A stretch of 64,000 nucleotides of DNA, taken from the NCBI RefSeq assembly GCF_009834535.1, contig NC_045697.1, forward strand, positions 118,918,001-118,982,000. The letters run 5' to 3'. Below the pieces are notes generated by a model. The model worked only from the letters and a program-made list of their open reading frames with translations, was not told the origin of the DNA and did not search any database. Source of the stretch: Camelus ferus (taxonomy: Eukaryota). Every line of letters starts with the position of its first letter. Within the stretch, counting starts at the first letter, position 1. This document shows positions 24,184 through 37,865 of the stretch, in pieces. The position numbers were made by a program, and so were the translations under genes.

Positions 24184-24769
24184 TTCCTTCTGTTAATCAA
24201 ATTCATATCACCTGCCTGGAAGCTAGATTTTCCCTTCTCACAGTCATGAGAGAAGGCTTTTGTTTTTGTTTTTGTTTTTGTTTTATCACAATGACTTATG
24301 AGGACATGGTTACTTTTTGGTAAACAACAATATACATCAGAAAGTTAAGTAATACAGTTGTTTAACATTTGGATATTTCCACAGTAATAATTTTCCCCAC
24401 AAAGTGGCTCTTTTTTTCCCTCTGAAACAGAATAAAATATGAGCAAAAGACATTAAGTATAAAAAATGAGAGTCATGACTCTACCTTAATTTAAATATCA
24501 AATCAGAATTATTCACACATTTTATTGAGTGGACAGGAAGAGTGCATTAGCTGTGTGGCAGCTAAGAGTAGGAATGGAACAAATTCATTTGACATTTATT
24601 GAGTATTTTATATACACAAGAAAAATGGCAGTTTGTGCCCTTAAAGAGCTTTCAATTGAGTGAGACAAAGAGGAGAAACCTTTGAAACCTGAAGTCATCA
24701 GGCAAAGGAAAGGACAGAAAACAGCGTGTCTGACTGTAAGTGGGACTGTGTGTTAGCTTCAGGGGAGCG

Positions 24770-24770
<1 letters not shown>

Positions 24771-24814
<44 letters not shown>

Positions 24815-24826
24815 TACGTACGTACG
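24771..24826. repeat. Compound microsatellite (TG)20(TACG)4
   Basis: Read directly from the sequence. Confidence 0.95.
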
Positions 24827-25849
24827 TGCTGGCGGAAGGGGAGAGGCTTAAGGAGTCCCAGGAAAGGAGTAAGAGATGAGAATGAAGAGGTGCTTCAGAG
24901 ACAGCAGTGACGTGAAGCCACCAGAGAGTTTAAACCTGAGGAGGTACACCGTTTAGAGTTGTTCTCAAAGGGTGATGTCACACTTCAATGAGGAGTGGAT
25001 GAAGCAGAAAGGAGACTAGGGTGAGACATAACTAAAAATGAAAGTTAGGGAATTGGCAGTAAGATTAGTGAAAAATTGACGGATTTGAAAATAATTTCCA
25101 AGATAACTCTGGTGATAGATTGGATAAGGTAATATAGGCGGAAAATGGAAGGAAGAGTGATCTAGAGACAGCTTGAATAGTTGGATGGGGGGTGTGTCAT
25201 CATCCAAGACCGGAGGACGAATGTTAAGATGAGCGAGTCTGATGTCATGAAAAGCAAAGGATATTAAAGTCCTAGAAGATAACTAAACCAGCCTCCTTTT
25301 CAAATACCATAATCTCTTCCATGACAGAGAGACTTTTTGAAGTTCAACAATTACTAACTTTAGTGAAAGTTCTGAACTTGGGAAAACAACAAATCAAAGT
25401 GTAGAAGACACTGGAATGCCTTTCAGACAGTACTGTAGGAGTAATGATTGGTAAAAGGCACTATCTCATATTTCACGGAGGTATTTTAAAAATTAGTGAA
25501 ATTTAAAAGAGCAAACACATCACAGCACATAGATGATTTTGTGTAATTGTCTTCCTCTCTTGCAGCACAGGGGGTTACTTACCAATTGTTTGGTCAGTCC
25601 TGTTGTCCTGCTGCGTTAATTAGCATTTCTGTGATAAGCAGCACCACAAACGCACACACTCCCCACACTAAGACATGCCTGGGACACGGTGGATTTTCAA
25701 CAACTACTTGTATGAATGATTTGTGTAACATCGTTCTGACTTAGGTTTCCTTTCATGTATATTTTTGTATGTACACTTTTACGGCATATTCTCATCACAG
25801 GAGTGGGTGTGTGGGTGTCGCTGTGTGCTTATTCAGTAAAAGGTCTTCT

Positions 25850-27431
25850 TTTTTCTGTTTCTTAAAAGTTCTACTGAGGTTTAACTGACGTACAAAGAAC
25901 TGCATATATATAATAAATACAGTTTTGATGAGTTTGAACATATACATACACTCGTCAAACCAACTCCACAATCAAAGTTATAGACAAATTCACCACCTTC
26001 CAAAGTACCCATGTGCCTCCCTCCCCTTTTTTATGGTAAGAGCATCTAACACGAGATCTACTTTCTTAAATTTTAAGTACATTACACATATTGCTGACTA
26101 CAGGGGTGACGCTGCACAGCAGGTCCCCGGGCCGGATTCTTCCCGCGTAACTGACACTTTACAGCCGCCCGCTGCGCAGCAACTTTTGTCTCTCCTCCCC
26201 TCCCCCCAGCGCCTGGTGACCACTGTTCTTGTCTCTGCGTCTATGAGTTTGACTATTTTAGACTTCTCATTTAAGTGACATCATTCAGTATTTGTCCTTC
26301 TGTGACTGGCTTATTTCACCTAGCCTAATGCTTTCAATATTCATCCATGTTGCTGCAAATGGCAGGATTACCTTCTCTTCTTTTTTAAGTCTGAATAATA
26401 TTCATTGTATAAATATACCACTTTTTCTTTGACCATGAACCTATCCTGGACATTTGTGTTGTTTCCACAACTTGGCTATTGTGAATAATGCTGGGAAGTA
26501 CATGAGAATGCAGTTATCTGTCTTTTTTTTGTTGTTGTTTTTTGTTTTGGATATATATCCCGAGGTGGAGTTGCTGGATCACATGGTAGTTCTATTTTTT
26601 GGAGGAACATCCGTACTTTTTTTTCACAATAGCCACACCATGTTACACCCCCACCAACAATGTAGAAGAGTTCAAAATTCTCTGCATTCTAGCCAACATT
26701 TGTTATCTTTTTTTTTTTAAACTATAACAGTCCTCCTTACTGGTGTGAGTAGATAGTTTTGATTTGCATTTCCCTAATGATTAGTGATGTTGAGCACCAT
26801 TTCTTATACCCATTGGCCATTTGAATGTCTTATTTGGGGAAAAAAAATGTCTATTAAAGGTTCTTTGCCAATTTTTAAATTGGATTATTTGATTTTTTTT
26901 TGATGTTGAGTTGCATGAATTCTTTATATGTTTTGCATATTAACCCCTTGTCAGATATGGTTTGCATTTTTTTCTGTTCCTTACATTACTTTTTCATCCT
27001 ATTGATTATTTCCTTCGCTGTGTAGAAGCTACAGTAATTAAAACTTATGGTACTACCATAAAGACAGACATTTAGAACAAGGAAATAGAACTGACAGCCC
27101 AGAACTAAGGCCACATGCATGCAATCAATCGATGTTTGAAAAGAATACACAATGGGAAAAAGACAGTATCTTCAACAAATGATGTTAGAAACACTAGATA
27201 ACCACATGCAGAAGAATGAAAGTTGATCTCGTCCTACACAATACACAAATAAACTCAGAATTGATTAAAAAGTTAAACATAAGGCATGAAACTATAAAAT
27301 TCCTAAAGTAAGTCATAGGGGAAAATCTTCTTGACATTGTTCTTGAAAATGATTTCTTGGAAATTACATCAAAAGCACAAGTAACAAAAGCAAAAATGGG
27401 CAGGCAGGACTACATCAAATTGAAAGTTTTC
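25850..27431 (-). mobile_element. Older L1 insertion with 5' inversion (twin-priming structure)
   Basis: Antisense 3'UTR/ORF2 runs from ~25860 to '...gctgtgtagaagct' (27030). Sense ORF2 then runs from 'aagctacagtaattaaaac..tggtact' to 'gactacatcaaattgaaagttttc' (27431). Flanks 'aaaggtcttcttttt' and 'aaagttttcttttt' resemble a TSD. Confidence 0.9.
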
Positions 27432-30400
27432 TTTTTTTTTTTTTTAAATGGTTCTCACTTTACTCAAGACTGATAGCTTTAAGAATTATTGCCAGAGTTC
27501 TACACATCCTGTTTTTTGTGTTGGTTATTGTTCTTTTAGGTTCCTAGGTCCTGAACAGTGTCTTAATACCACAGTGCTGCCTTCTGTTGCACTGATGACT
27601 CATTCTGTGGATGGCATTTTTTGTTAAGGATCTCAGCATGTCCACCTCCCTGACTCATTACCCAATAATTGATTTAAATCTAGGGCAGTACTTCTCCATA
27701 TTGCTTCTTATCCATTTTGAGAAACAAATCTGTAAGCATGATTGAAAAACTAAATCCCTATATTTTGGTCAATGAGGTTTTCAGTAGTTTTAATGACTGT
27801 TAATGTTTCCTACACTGTTATTTGCTTGTGTGCTAGCTTTTAAAATTTATATTGTAAAATTCTTTCATTTCCCTCTATTTCCTTTAATTGAGTAAAACTT
27901 GAAATTAAATATTCTTCATTGTTTGCACATATATGATCACAGTCATTCTTTAGTCAGCAAATATTTTTATATCTTTTCAGTTCATGTGAGGAACTCTTCC
28001 AGAGCTGGGAATAGAGGCAAGAACTAGCCAGATAATATTTCTGTTCTCTTGGGGCTTATGCTGGAACAAGAATGTCAGGTGGAGATAAATGTTATGAAGT
28101 TAATACAGCCAGGTGATAGGATACAGAATAACCAGTGGGAGTCTATCATAGCAGGTTTTTCTAACATGCAGCATGATTTTAACGGAATCCTAAACAATGA
28201 GGAGGAGACGGCCATATGACACGTTGGATGGGGAATGAGTGTTTCAGGAAGAACTGAAAGCAAATCCAACGGCACTGAGACAGCAAGTCATGGTGTGTTT
28301 TAGGAATGCCTTTATAATGGGAGCCTAACTAGCAAGAAGATAATTAGAAGGAGACAAGTTTAAAGAGGGAAAGATGTGCATCATGCAGGACCTTACAGAC
28401 CATAGAAAAATAAAAATTTTGACTTATATTGAATGTATTATGAAATATTAGAGAATTTTAAGCAGATATTTACTATAATCGATGTGCATTAACAAAACTA
28501 TGATGCCTACTTGTGAAGCACAGTTTACAGTGGGACAGCGGCAGAAGCAGGAGGGCCAGCTCGGCGACGTCTGCAACAGTCCCAGTGAGGAGGTCGGTAA
28601 CCTGGGCTATGCTAGCAACAGGGACGGTGAAGACAACTGACCACATTCCTTAGAAAGAATCCGTAGTATCCACTGAAAGCACAGGAGATGCGTTTACATG
28701 CAGATACAAATCAGCAATTTCTCCTAAGTTTGGGGCCGAAGCAAATGACTGGCAACATTTACTGCAATAAGAAAAGTACCTCCAAGTCACCCTGAGGAAA
28801 GACGTGTAATGTTTGAGGGAGAGTCCTGGGAAACAACCCAGAAGGCCTGAGCTATGGCTGCTACATTTCTTAATAAATAGTGGACTAAGAAGTAAATCAT
28901 AAAGTCATACGGATCTTAGTTTAATCACGTGAAATCATTTAGGTGGTTGTAAAGTTTACTTCCAACTCTTAAAATTTTACAACATAATGAAACTGAATAA
29001 ATTACAGACTCCAGCAGCTTTCCCCTTCAAAAGCTCTAAATATATTTATTTTATGTAATTATCTGATTCTTAGAAACTTTAGAAGGTGCTTTTTATATTA
29101 CAATATATGTTAATGTTCTTTCAAAAATCTCATTCTGTGTTCATGCAAAGTACTATAATATTGAACAATAAATCATTTTCAATTAGTTGTAATATTAACA
29201 AAGTAAATCACAGTGTTTTATATTTTCATGTCAAAATGAAAATTTTGCTTATATATTATCCTTTGTTTAATGAAAATATAGGCTGTATATTTCATGTTAT
29301 TGTTATATAGTGAAACAATGCTAAATTTGATGCTTGGAAGACACATGTGTATACATGTGGATTCAGGTGTAAAGCTACCCACGCACAGAGTTTAAGGCAC
29401 AATATTTTATCTAGAATATTTAGTCTAAGATGTCATATAATTTTTTCATTTATTTAATTCTAATGTGGATTCTCACTTTGAAAATTTTATAATGAAATGT
29501 TGCTATGAAATGTATCTATGAAATAAGTCAAAGTATGAGACAAGTTCATATTCCTGCTACATTCTCGTATCATCAAGGGCAACAATTTAGTGGGGCCATT
29601 TGTATTCTTATAATTTCCTTAAGATCACTTTGATATCTATATCAGTTTCCCCAAACTGAAAGTCCAGTCACTTTGTGGTCCATTTTCCTCCCTTCCCCAT
29701 TCTCCCTTCTGATCCTCCCTCCCCTTGTTTTCTCACTTTGTGAGAACTGTGTCCAGCCTGATCTTCTGCATCTCTGTTCAGGACTCTCCCTTTAAAAGGC
29801 GCTAGACTTGACACTGTCCTTGGTACTGAAATTCTAGACATCAAAATGATTTCAGTAGACCCTAAGTAGGATCTGGAGACAGAATCCTATCTTTTGTTTT
29901 CTCAAAGAATTAAGAGAATGTTTAAGAAAAATTATATATTTAATTTGGGTGAGGGTTGTTTTCATGATCATGAATATATAAATAATGTTACTTTATCTAC
30001 TTATTTCATAGTAGCTCCACAGATTGGCACCCAATTTCTCTCTCTTTTGAACGAAATCATATTGTAGAAGATTTTTAAACGCTTTAAAGTAGATTAAACT
30101 TTTATTATTTGTTAGAAAAATAGTTTACAGCTCCACTTTAACTGAAGCAATTTTTAAAACTACAGTAACAATTGGCTTAGGGAATCGTTTAGCAATGTTT
30201 GATCTGTTTTACCTCATCTTGGCTTGTGTTGCTAGACTCCTAAGACTGGTGCTCTGTAGCTACAGTCATCTTAAGTACTGAGTGTGGTTATAGGATTAAT
30301 GTAACCTTGAAACTTGGGGATGTCTTAAAGGAAGAGAAAACCAAACTGATGGCCAATGAGTTGGGAGATTATGCTATCCCTACACTGTTAAAAGTCATAC

Positions 30401-33129
30401 AGAAAACACACTGATATAGACAGAGCCTTCTTCACAGTTGTAAATTCACAGCACACTAGACTCTTCTCCTAGGAGAGAATTAAACTTTATTTTTATTTTT
30501 TCCCATTTTTAACCCTCTTCCAAAGTGTTAATATCACCTTCAACATATGGCTGGTGTTTGGCAGAAAATTCCTCAGTAGGACAAGACAAATCAATCTGCC
30601 ACTGCAATATTCACCATCTTATTTTAAATGCTACCTGACCGTATACTGAAGCATCTGGAGTTTCACTGAAGATATTTCTGCAGTGAATAGACACAATTAT
30701 TAAATAATTGAATAGTAAATGGTATTTAATACATTAAAAGAAAATATTTTCCTAGCAGGTAACATTGTTTAGTTTAAGACTGAAGGCAAAGGAATATAAT
30801 ATTACTTAAGGTAGAACCACAGAAAATGGTAATATCCATCTCCTGGGTCACCCAGATCCCTGACACTGATGCTTAAGTGAGATGTCCACAATATGCAACT
30901 CAGCAAATTAAAAACATCTTGACCTAGGAAATCATTAAAATCATATGGAATCCTAATAAAAATCACAGTGACATTGATTTTTCAATTAGAATTAGAAGAC
31001 TGATAAAAATCTCCAATAAGAATACAATTGTGCAAAAGAAAGATGTAAAACATGTTTGTCTATTATCTAAAAGAAATGATGTAGAATATTGGATAATTGA
31101 TTTATAAATCTATGTGGCATAGCATATTCAAATCACGAACCTTAGACTTGTCCTATTTAAACAGCAGTGAGTATAAATTAGCTAAAAACTAGAGTAACTT
31201 GTCAATGCAGAGTGAGTCAAAACTCAAGGTTGTATTTAGAGGAACAAGGTGAGGTTTCTTCCTTCTTGAGGTCCAAGATAACAAATATTTTTAAAAATTT
31301 TATTTGTAGACAAATTAAAAAGTCATGGAGAAAGCTTAATAAACATTACTTTATCTAATGATTATCAACAACAGTAATGAGGGCATAATTCTTGCCTTCA
31401 AGGTCCTTTCATTCTGGCAGTGGGAATCAGAGCTTAAGTAGTATTTTAACATGTTGTTTCTCTAGAACAGTGTATTCCAAGATCTTGAGAAAGGAAGGAG
31501 CGTAGCACACAGAAGGGGGTACAGCAGGACAATATGGCTGGAACAAGGAGAGAGCGGGGGACATGGTGTAAGTTGAGGCTGAAGAAGCAGATGGGAACCA
31601 GACCATGCAAGGACTTGTAGTGGTATCAGCTCTGTCTCTGAGGATAGGATCTAGGGCACTGCATTTATAGCAAGCAGTCCAGCAGTTCTTACCTATGTTT
31701 ATGTTTGAGAGTGCTGACTCATGGAGGATCCTTGGTAACTGTCTTTAGACACCCAGGCTTTGTGGAGAACCCATCAGTGTGAGGTACAATTAGAGAAGGA
31801 TCAAAATGTATGCCCACACCTTAGACAACAGAGAATTTCCATAGAGAAACACACTTTAGACAACACTAAATGTGTTCTGTAGATCTGAAATGTGTAAGTT
31901 TTGGTGTCCTAGTTCCATGAATTTTAGGAGAGTAAATTTAAAACAAAAGAGGAAGAAAGGAAAGAAAACTGAAAAGAATTAAATAAGGAAAAAAGAGGAT
32001 GACAGGTAAGTGAGTGATGTCCTAATAACCTGTTCTGAAGAATGCAAAAAGATGACACTTGATCACAAAGCCAAAATCTAAATGACTTTTTTTACTTCTG
32101 CTTTACTACCGGGGCATATTTGCTTTCAGTCTCTCACAATGATAAGGCATTTAGATCAAAATACATATTATGGAATGACTGATTTTGTTTTCAGTGTACT
32201 ATGCTATTAGCAGATAGGAATCTGCTTCAGGTAGCTGAAAGGGTTTTTTAAAAAAAATGCCTTTATAAAAATTTACTATGTCTACTATCCTACTGAACAT
32301 ATAAAAACTCACCAGTCTTAGAATGGGAAAAATATCCAATTCTAAATTAGTAATTGGGGAAGAATTATTGATGTCCTTTATTGATCTCCTGCTCTGCAGG
32401 AACTTTTCACAGCTACCATCCATGTGGCAGGAAAATGTATCTCCTAATAGTACATGTCTTGCTTAGTGGACTGGTGTATTTTTACCAGCTTCTGAATGAG
32501 GTGCCATAATCTGATGGATGAAAAGGCAAAATTCAAAACTGTGACATCTCAGTGTCAGCCCAGCATTTATTTTCCACAAGCCAGATGTACAAGAGAGGCA
32601 GCTGCCCAGAGGTCTTCAAGCTGGGATGGAAAAATTGTGGATGGGCATCAGGGTCAAGAGGGCCACAAAGAAAAGTCAGTGTACTCTAGGAGTCTTTTTA
32701 GTTTACCATGTACAGTGTTTTTACTTAGAATTTTTAAAAAAGGAACAAGTAGGAGAGAAATGGAACTCCGAGATCGCTGTAGGTGGGAGGACAGTGAGTG
32801 CCCTGGCTTTCAACTTCAGATCAAAGGGAGAGAACAAAGGATGTCGATGCATCTTCTGTATCTTTTGAAGTGGAGGCCTGGCGGGGTGGAGCCCACTGAT
32901 TTCCTTCAGGAAGAGCTAGCTGACTGCTGAGCGAGAAAAGCTCCTCTACCAACTGTTCTATTCCCTGTGAAAAGAGAAGCAGAGGGAGGCAGACAAGCCT
33001 GAGTAACCTGCTTCAGAGAATAAACAACAATGAAATGAAGGAATAACAAAGAAGAGGGGATTCAAATGAGAAAGATCAAGGTTGTGGAGGGGAGAGAATG
33101 CTTAGCAAGACCTCAGCAAAAATAAAGAG

Positions 33130-34740
33130 GCTTTTCAAGAACACCTGATGCCAGAAGAAAACGAAGTCACATACTTAAGACATTCAAGGAAGGAAGAATG
33201 TTAAGTTAATCATTTTATGTCCAGCAAAACTGATCTGTAAGTAAAATGGACTCAGACAAACTATGCTTAATATAAAAGAACTCAAGGAACGTTTTTCTCA
33301 TAAGCTATTCCTGAACAATCTATTAGAGAACAAATTTCAGACAACCAAAATGACTAGAAAGACGAGGGAAAAGAGGACTAAAAAGATGAGGGAGAAAAAA
33401 GGATTTAGTGTAGTGAACATTAAATATATAGTTACTGGGACAACTAAGGCTCAAGGGAGATCGAAAAGAGACGGCACTGTGTGTCACACCCACACCCTCT
33501 GACAGGGCACCGGCACGCGCACTATTCAAGTGCGGGCAAGGGGAGAGCGTAACCAAGAAGATGTGGTTCTGACTGTTTCCAGTATGTTGGCAGTGGTGTT
33601 ACTGTCGTAATTTTGAGACCATTGTGTGTATGATGCAGGCAGGGTAAGGCATACATAATTATGAAATATTCTAATTCTACCCTCCCCTCTGTCCTTGAGG
33701 ATGTGATTCCCAGGATTGAAGAAAGGAGAGGTGTGATACAAAGAGATTAAGTAAAATCCTAATGTAAATTGGAATTATCAGTAGGAGCAGAGGGTGCTGT
33801 CCTCTTGGTTTCTGGCTGAGGGGTGTGTGTCATAAAACCTATTGCTTTGTAATCAAAACAGTAGTAATGTGCATGCAACCCTAGCACCCGGATAGTGCTC
33901 ATGAAATACCATTTCCCTATTTTTTTTTTTTAATTTCAAATAAAAGGCCTTGGAGAAAAGCTGATTCCAGGTCTGGAGCAGAAAATGTCCAAGATGAATC
34001 TGGTATATCTTGTCATACAGAAAGCAAGGGACCTCTCAGGGACAACTAGGGTTGTATCAAAAGGACTCAAGAACTGCCCTGAAGAAGCTCTTACTGGCGT
34101 GGGATGATGGAATGGGACAAGGTGAGCTTCAAAAAAAATAATACTTATAAATGACTGCAACCCATCAAACATGTCCAATCCAAGAGTTCATAATGATACA
34201 GAAAAAGAATTCATTGGTCTCCTTCTGAGGATGACAAAGAACCAATTCATTCTCTTGAAAACTGGTGACTCAAGGGAAAGAATGAAGCATGGGTCCTGCC
34301 TTTCCTGTACGACCTGGATCACTGAGCAACAAAGAGTAAAGGAGGGGAAGCATCTCTGTCTAAAAGTCTCTTGCCAGTTGATAAATGAAAAAGAGCGAAT
34401 AGCGTTGGAATGTTGCCCCCTGCAGCCCCAGTGAATTTAGGGATGAGCTGACAAGAGCACCAACAGCTGCTGAGACAGAAAGAGGGACCACCTGACATTC
34501 TGTGCGGCCGGGCGAAAGCGCACAAGCCCACTGAGGAGCTGGCCAAAGGGACTGAAACCAGGTCTGACGCTGCCTCCGGGTCCAGCTGCCCACCTCCACA
34601 GAGGACCAAGGACAGAGGCGCACACTGAAGGTACCTGCAGATAAAGTCAGCAAAATCCAGACCAGGAAACTCTACCAGCCAAATGGCGTTCCTTCAACAA
34701 ATAGCTTGTAAGGAAAAGAAAGGGTCAGGGGTAACCATAA
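33130..34740 (+). mobile_element. Old L1M (L1MC/ME-like) fragments; boundaries approximate
   Basis: ORF1-end-like 'attttatgtccagcaaaactg' and long 3'UTR motifs 'ggagaaaagctgattccaggtctggagcagaaaatgtccaagatgaatctgg' and 'tcagcaaaatccagac'. Confidence 0.65.
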
Positions 34741-34822
34741 ATCTGATCTCTTCCTCCACTCATAATCCCCGTCTCCTTGGCTGGCCACTCAGCTGACATG
34801 TCAGAGTGCTTCCCTGACTCCC

Positions 34823-35242
34823 TGTTGTGGGTTGAATTGTGTCCCCAAAAAAGACAGGTTCAAGGTTTAAGCCCCAGGACCTGGGAATGTGACCCTATTT
34901 GGAAACAAGCTCTTTGAAGATGCAATCACATTAGGATGGGTCATACTGGATTAGGGTGGGCCCTCAGCCAGTAACTTCTTCTAATTAGAAGAGGGAAATC
35001 TGTCCCCAGGAAAGGTGAATGCCATGCAAAGATCATGGAGTTACGTGGCCCCAAGCCAAAGAAGGCCGGGGGCCACCAAAAGCTGGAAAAGCAGGCAGAC
35101 TCTCCCCTCCAGCCTTCAGAGAGAGCAGTGACCCCTTGACTGCAGACTTTTAGCTTCTACAACTTCGACAGAATACATCCCTATTGTTTTAAGTCATATA
35201 GCTTGCGGTACTTTGTCATAACAGCTCCAGAAAACTGACGCA
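34823..35242 (+). mobile_element. MaLR solo LTR (MLT1B/C-like)
   Basis: Starts 'tgttgtgggttgaattgtgtcccc', contains 'gaatgtgaccctatttggaaa' and 'ggattagggtgggccct', and ends 'ttgttttaag..actttgtcataacagc..aaactgacgca'. Confidence 0.85.
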
Positions 35243-35329
35243 CCCTGGATTAGGTGGCTTTCCCTGTGTTCTCCATTACAGTCTCCCCTCTTCCCTCCTT
35301 TATACCAGTGATTGTGATCAGTAATTATC

Positions 35330-35920
35330 CTTATTTCTGTGTTCTGTTCACTGCCCATCTCACTCATTAGATTCCTAGGGAGCCCTCTGAAGGCAGAGGC
35401 CTCACCTGCCTTGTTTTCTGCTATATTTCTAGTGCCTAGTCCAATGCCTATGGTGTCTGGTATACAGTAAGTGCTAAATAAATATTCACTTATTGATAAA
35501 GTTTAATGAATATCTATGACGTACAGATTCTGCTCTTAAGTGAATAAAATAAAGAGTCCTCTCTTTATGAAATTTGTATTCTACGCTCCAGAAGGAGCAT
35601 AATAAAAAAGCAAGCAGGGTGGCAGGGGAGGACAATGTAGCACGGCGGGGGGCAGGGCCGGGCAAGGGAGGCTGCGCAGGGATGGAGAGGGCAGTCTGCA
35701 AAATTAGGCGGTGAAGAAGAACTTGTTGACAGGTGACAGTAAAGCCAAGTTTGGAGGTGAGGGAGTTGACCATGTGAGATTCAGGGGGAAGAACATTCCA
35801 GGCAGAAGGCACAGCCCATGCAAAGGCCCCAAGGCAGGAACATGCTTGGCTGTGCAAGGAACAGGAGAAGGCTAGTGCAGGTGGAACGGAATGAGGAAAG
35901 GGAAGAGTTGCAGGAGGGAA
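35330..35920. mobile_element. Two L2 fragments tail-to-tail (+ ~35330-35490; - ~35490-35920)
   Basis: L2 3' end 'gtgcctagt..tacagtaagtgctaaataaatatt'; antisense L2 'gaagaacattccaggcagaaggcacagcccatgcaaaggcccc'. Confidence 0.7.
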
Positions 35921-36649
35921 AATGAAATATTTGTTGGATGGATATGGATGGAGGATGGATGTGGATGAACAGAGGGGAGGGGAGAAGGAGGGAAGAATTT
36001 TGGAATGGCTCACATCTAGGAATCAAGGACCCTGTGTTAGGTCAATAACGGAGAATAAAGGGAGCCTTGCCACCCAAGAAAAGTGGCCAGCAGCAGACCA
36101 AATGCGGTCAGCTTTGCACACCCTTCATGTTCGTAACACAGCATCACGGAACAGGATGAGGATGCCTCAGACGGTAAGCTCAAGCTTCCTGGGGGCCCAA
36201 GGTCCCAAGTGAGGGCCCTTCCAATGCCTATGGCCAGAGCCCCCACCTACCAAGCTGGCCAGAGCCTCCACCTGTCAAGCTTCAGTTCCTCCCTTAGAGC
36301 TGCAAACCATGAGACTGAGCAGGTCCAGGCTCCTGGGAGCTAAAAGTGGATCTGTCCCAAAGGAATCGCTAATGAGGTGCCTTCTGATACGGAGTCCCTG
36401 AAGGGTATCCATAGAAATCACTGAGATACAAAATGAAAGGTTTTTTTTTTTTTTTAAATAAGCCTGCTTTTCTTAAACAAACCTGCTCTATTTCCAAGAA
36501 ATTATGAATTTCTTCTTCCTCCCTAAACCCCAGCTCTAACTGGATCAGATCAGCATCCCTAAGGGGCCAACAGAGAAGGAACCCCATTGCTAGGAAAGCC
36601 CTGGGTGAGGGGGAGATCCAGAGCCACCGAGTCAGCACCATCATGTGAG

Positions 36650-36838
36650 TAAATTGGCTTAAAACTGGGCCCCCAGCCTCTTCCAACACCTTGACACAAG
36701 CTCATGAGGGATGCTGAGTCACAACCACCCAGTCCCAGATTCCTGATCTACAAAAACTGTTATTAGAGAATGTGTTTGGTTGTTTTAAACCCCTACATTT
36801 CAGGGTACTCATTATGCATTAATAAATGACTAACACAC
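36650..36838 (+). mobile_element. MLT1-type LTR 3' part
   Basis: 'cccagattcctgatctacaaaaactgt...ttgttttaaacccctacatttcaggg...atgactaacaca'. Confidence 0.6.
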
Positions 36839-37074
36839 AAGGAAACAGCTTTCAGGGTTGATGGGAGTCAGAAAGAGCTGCAGAAATGACATCAAAGGAG
36901 GGCTTGAAGCACACAAGCCAAAACGAAGACAGGGGCATTCATTCCAGGCAGAGGGAACAGCGTGTGCTAAGGTGTAGATGAGTGAAGAGAGCTGGTATTG
37001 GGGGCTTTGCTGGAAGCACAGGAGGCACCACGGTGAATAATTAGAAATGGGGTGGGGACCAGGTCGTGATGGAC

Positions 37075-37207
37075 AGTGTGACCATACACCCTAGTTTGCC
37101 TGGCACAGTCTTGATTTATGCCTGTTAGCAGAGCATCCCATGCAATTGACTATTTGTCCTGGATAAAATGGTCTCGATTGAGATGATAAGTCAGATATGG
37201 TTACCCT
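37075..37207. mobile_element. Short hAT-Blackjack MITE (MER94/MER81-like) inside an L2
   Basis: Terminal inverted repeats 'agtgtgaccata' ... 'tatggttaccctg'. Confidence 0.6.
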
Positions 37208-37865
37208 GTGGATGAGCCCAGTGTGCAGGCTAAGACGTTAGGGCTATATCCTGGAGGCAATCGGGAGCCATGAAAGGGTTTTAAGCTGAGAAGTGACTGG
37301 ATCTAACTTGTGTTTTAGAAAGATCCATTTGCAGAGGAGTCACCGGGGTTCAGGATGAGCTATTCTGGAGGGTGACCAGTTTGGAGAGTGAGTGTGGAGG
37401 CTTGACCAGGGCAGAAGAAGATGAGAGGCCAGGGAGGACATGGGGACAATTCCTCGGTCAGAGTGATCAGTGACCATGACGGTCTGCATTGAGGCCAGAG
37501 TAGCAGGAACAGGGTCGAGGGAAGCTTAGGAAAATTCAGGCAATACTAAACAGAAGTGGCTGCAGCAAGAGATGGAGGAGCTGCTAGAGGGTGATTCTGA
37601 GACTACCAGGGGTGTGGCCCCCACATTTCAAGGGACCAGACCTCGGTCTAAAAATACCTCTCAAATGAGTCACCTCAATCGCAGCCAACAAAGACTTGGC
37701 TGGTTTATTACTGAATTGCAGTAGATTTGGCCAAAGGAACTGAAACCACATGCAATCTTAGCTCACACAGACCCCACTAGATCCAGTCTCCTGCTAAGGG
37801 CAATACCATGGCCCTGATGCACACTTAATCTTACTTCCCCCTCACAAGTCTGCAAGGATGCTATA

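Noticed and set aside
27981..30077. Further microexons extending the candidate + strand gene
   Set aside because: Would need 11-nt and 5-nt exons chosen after the fact; no independent support.
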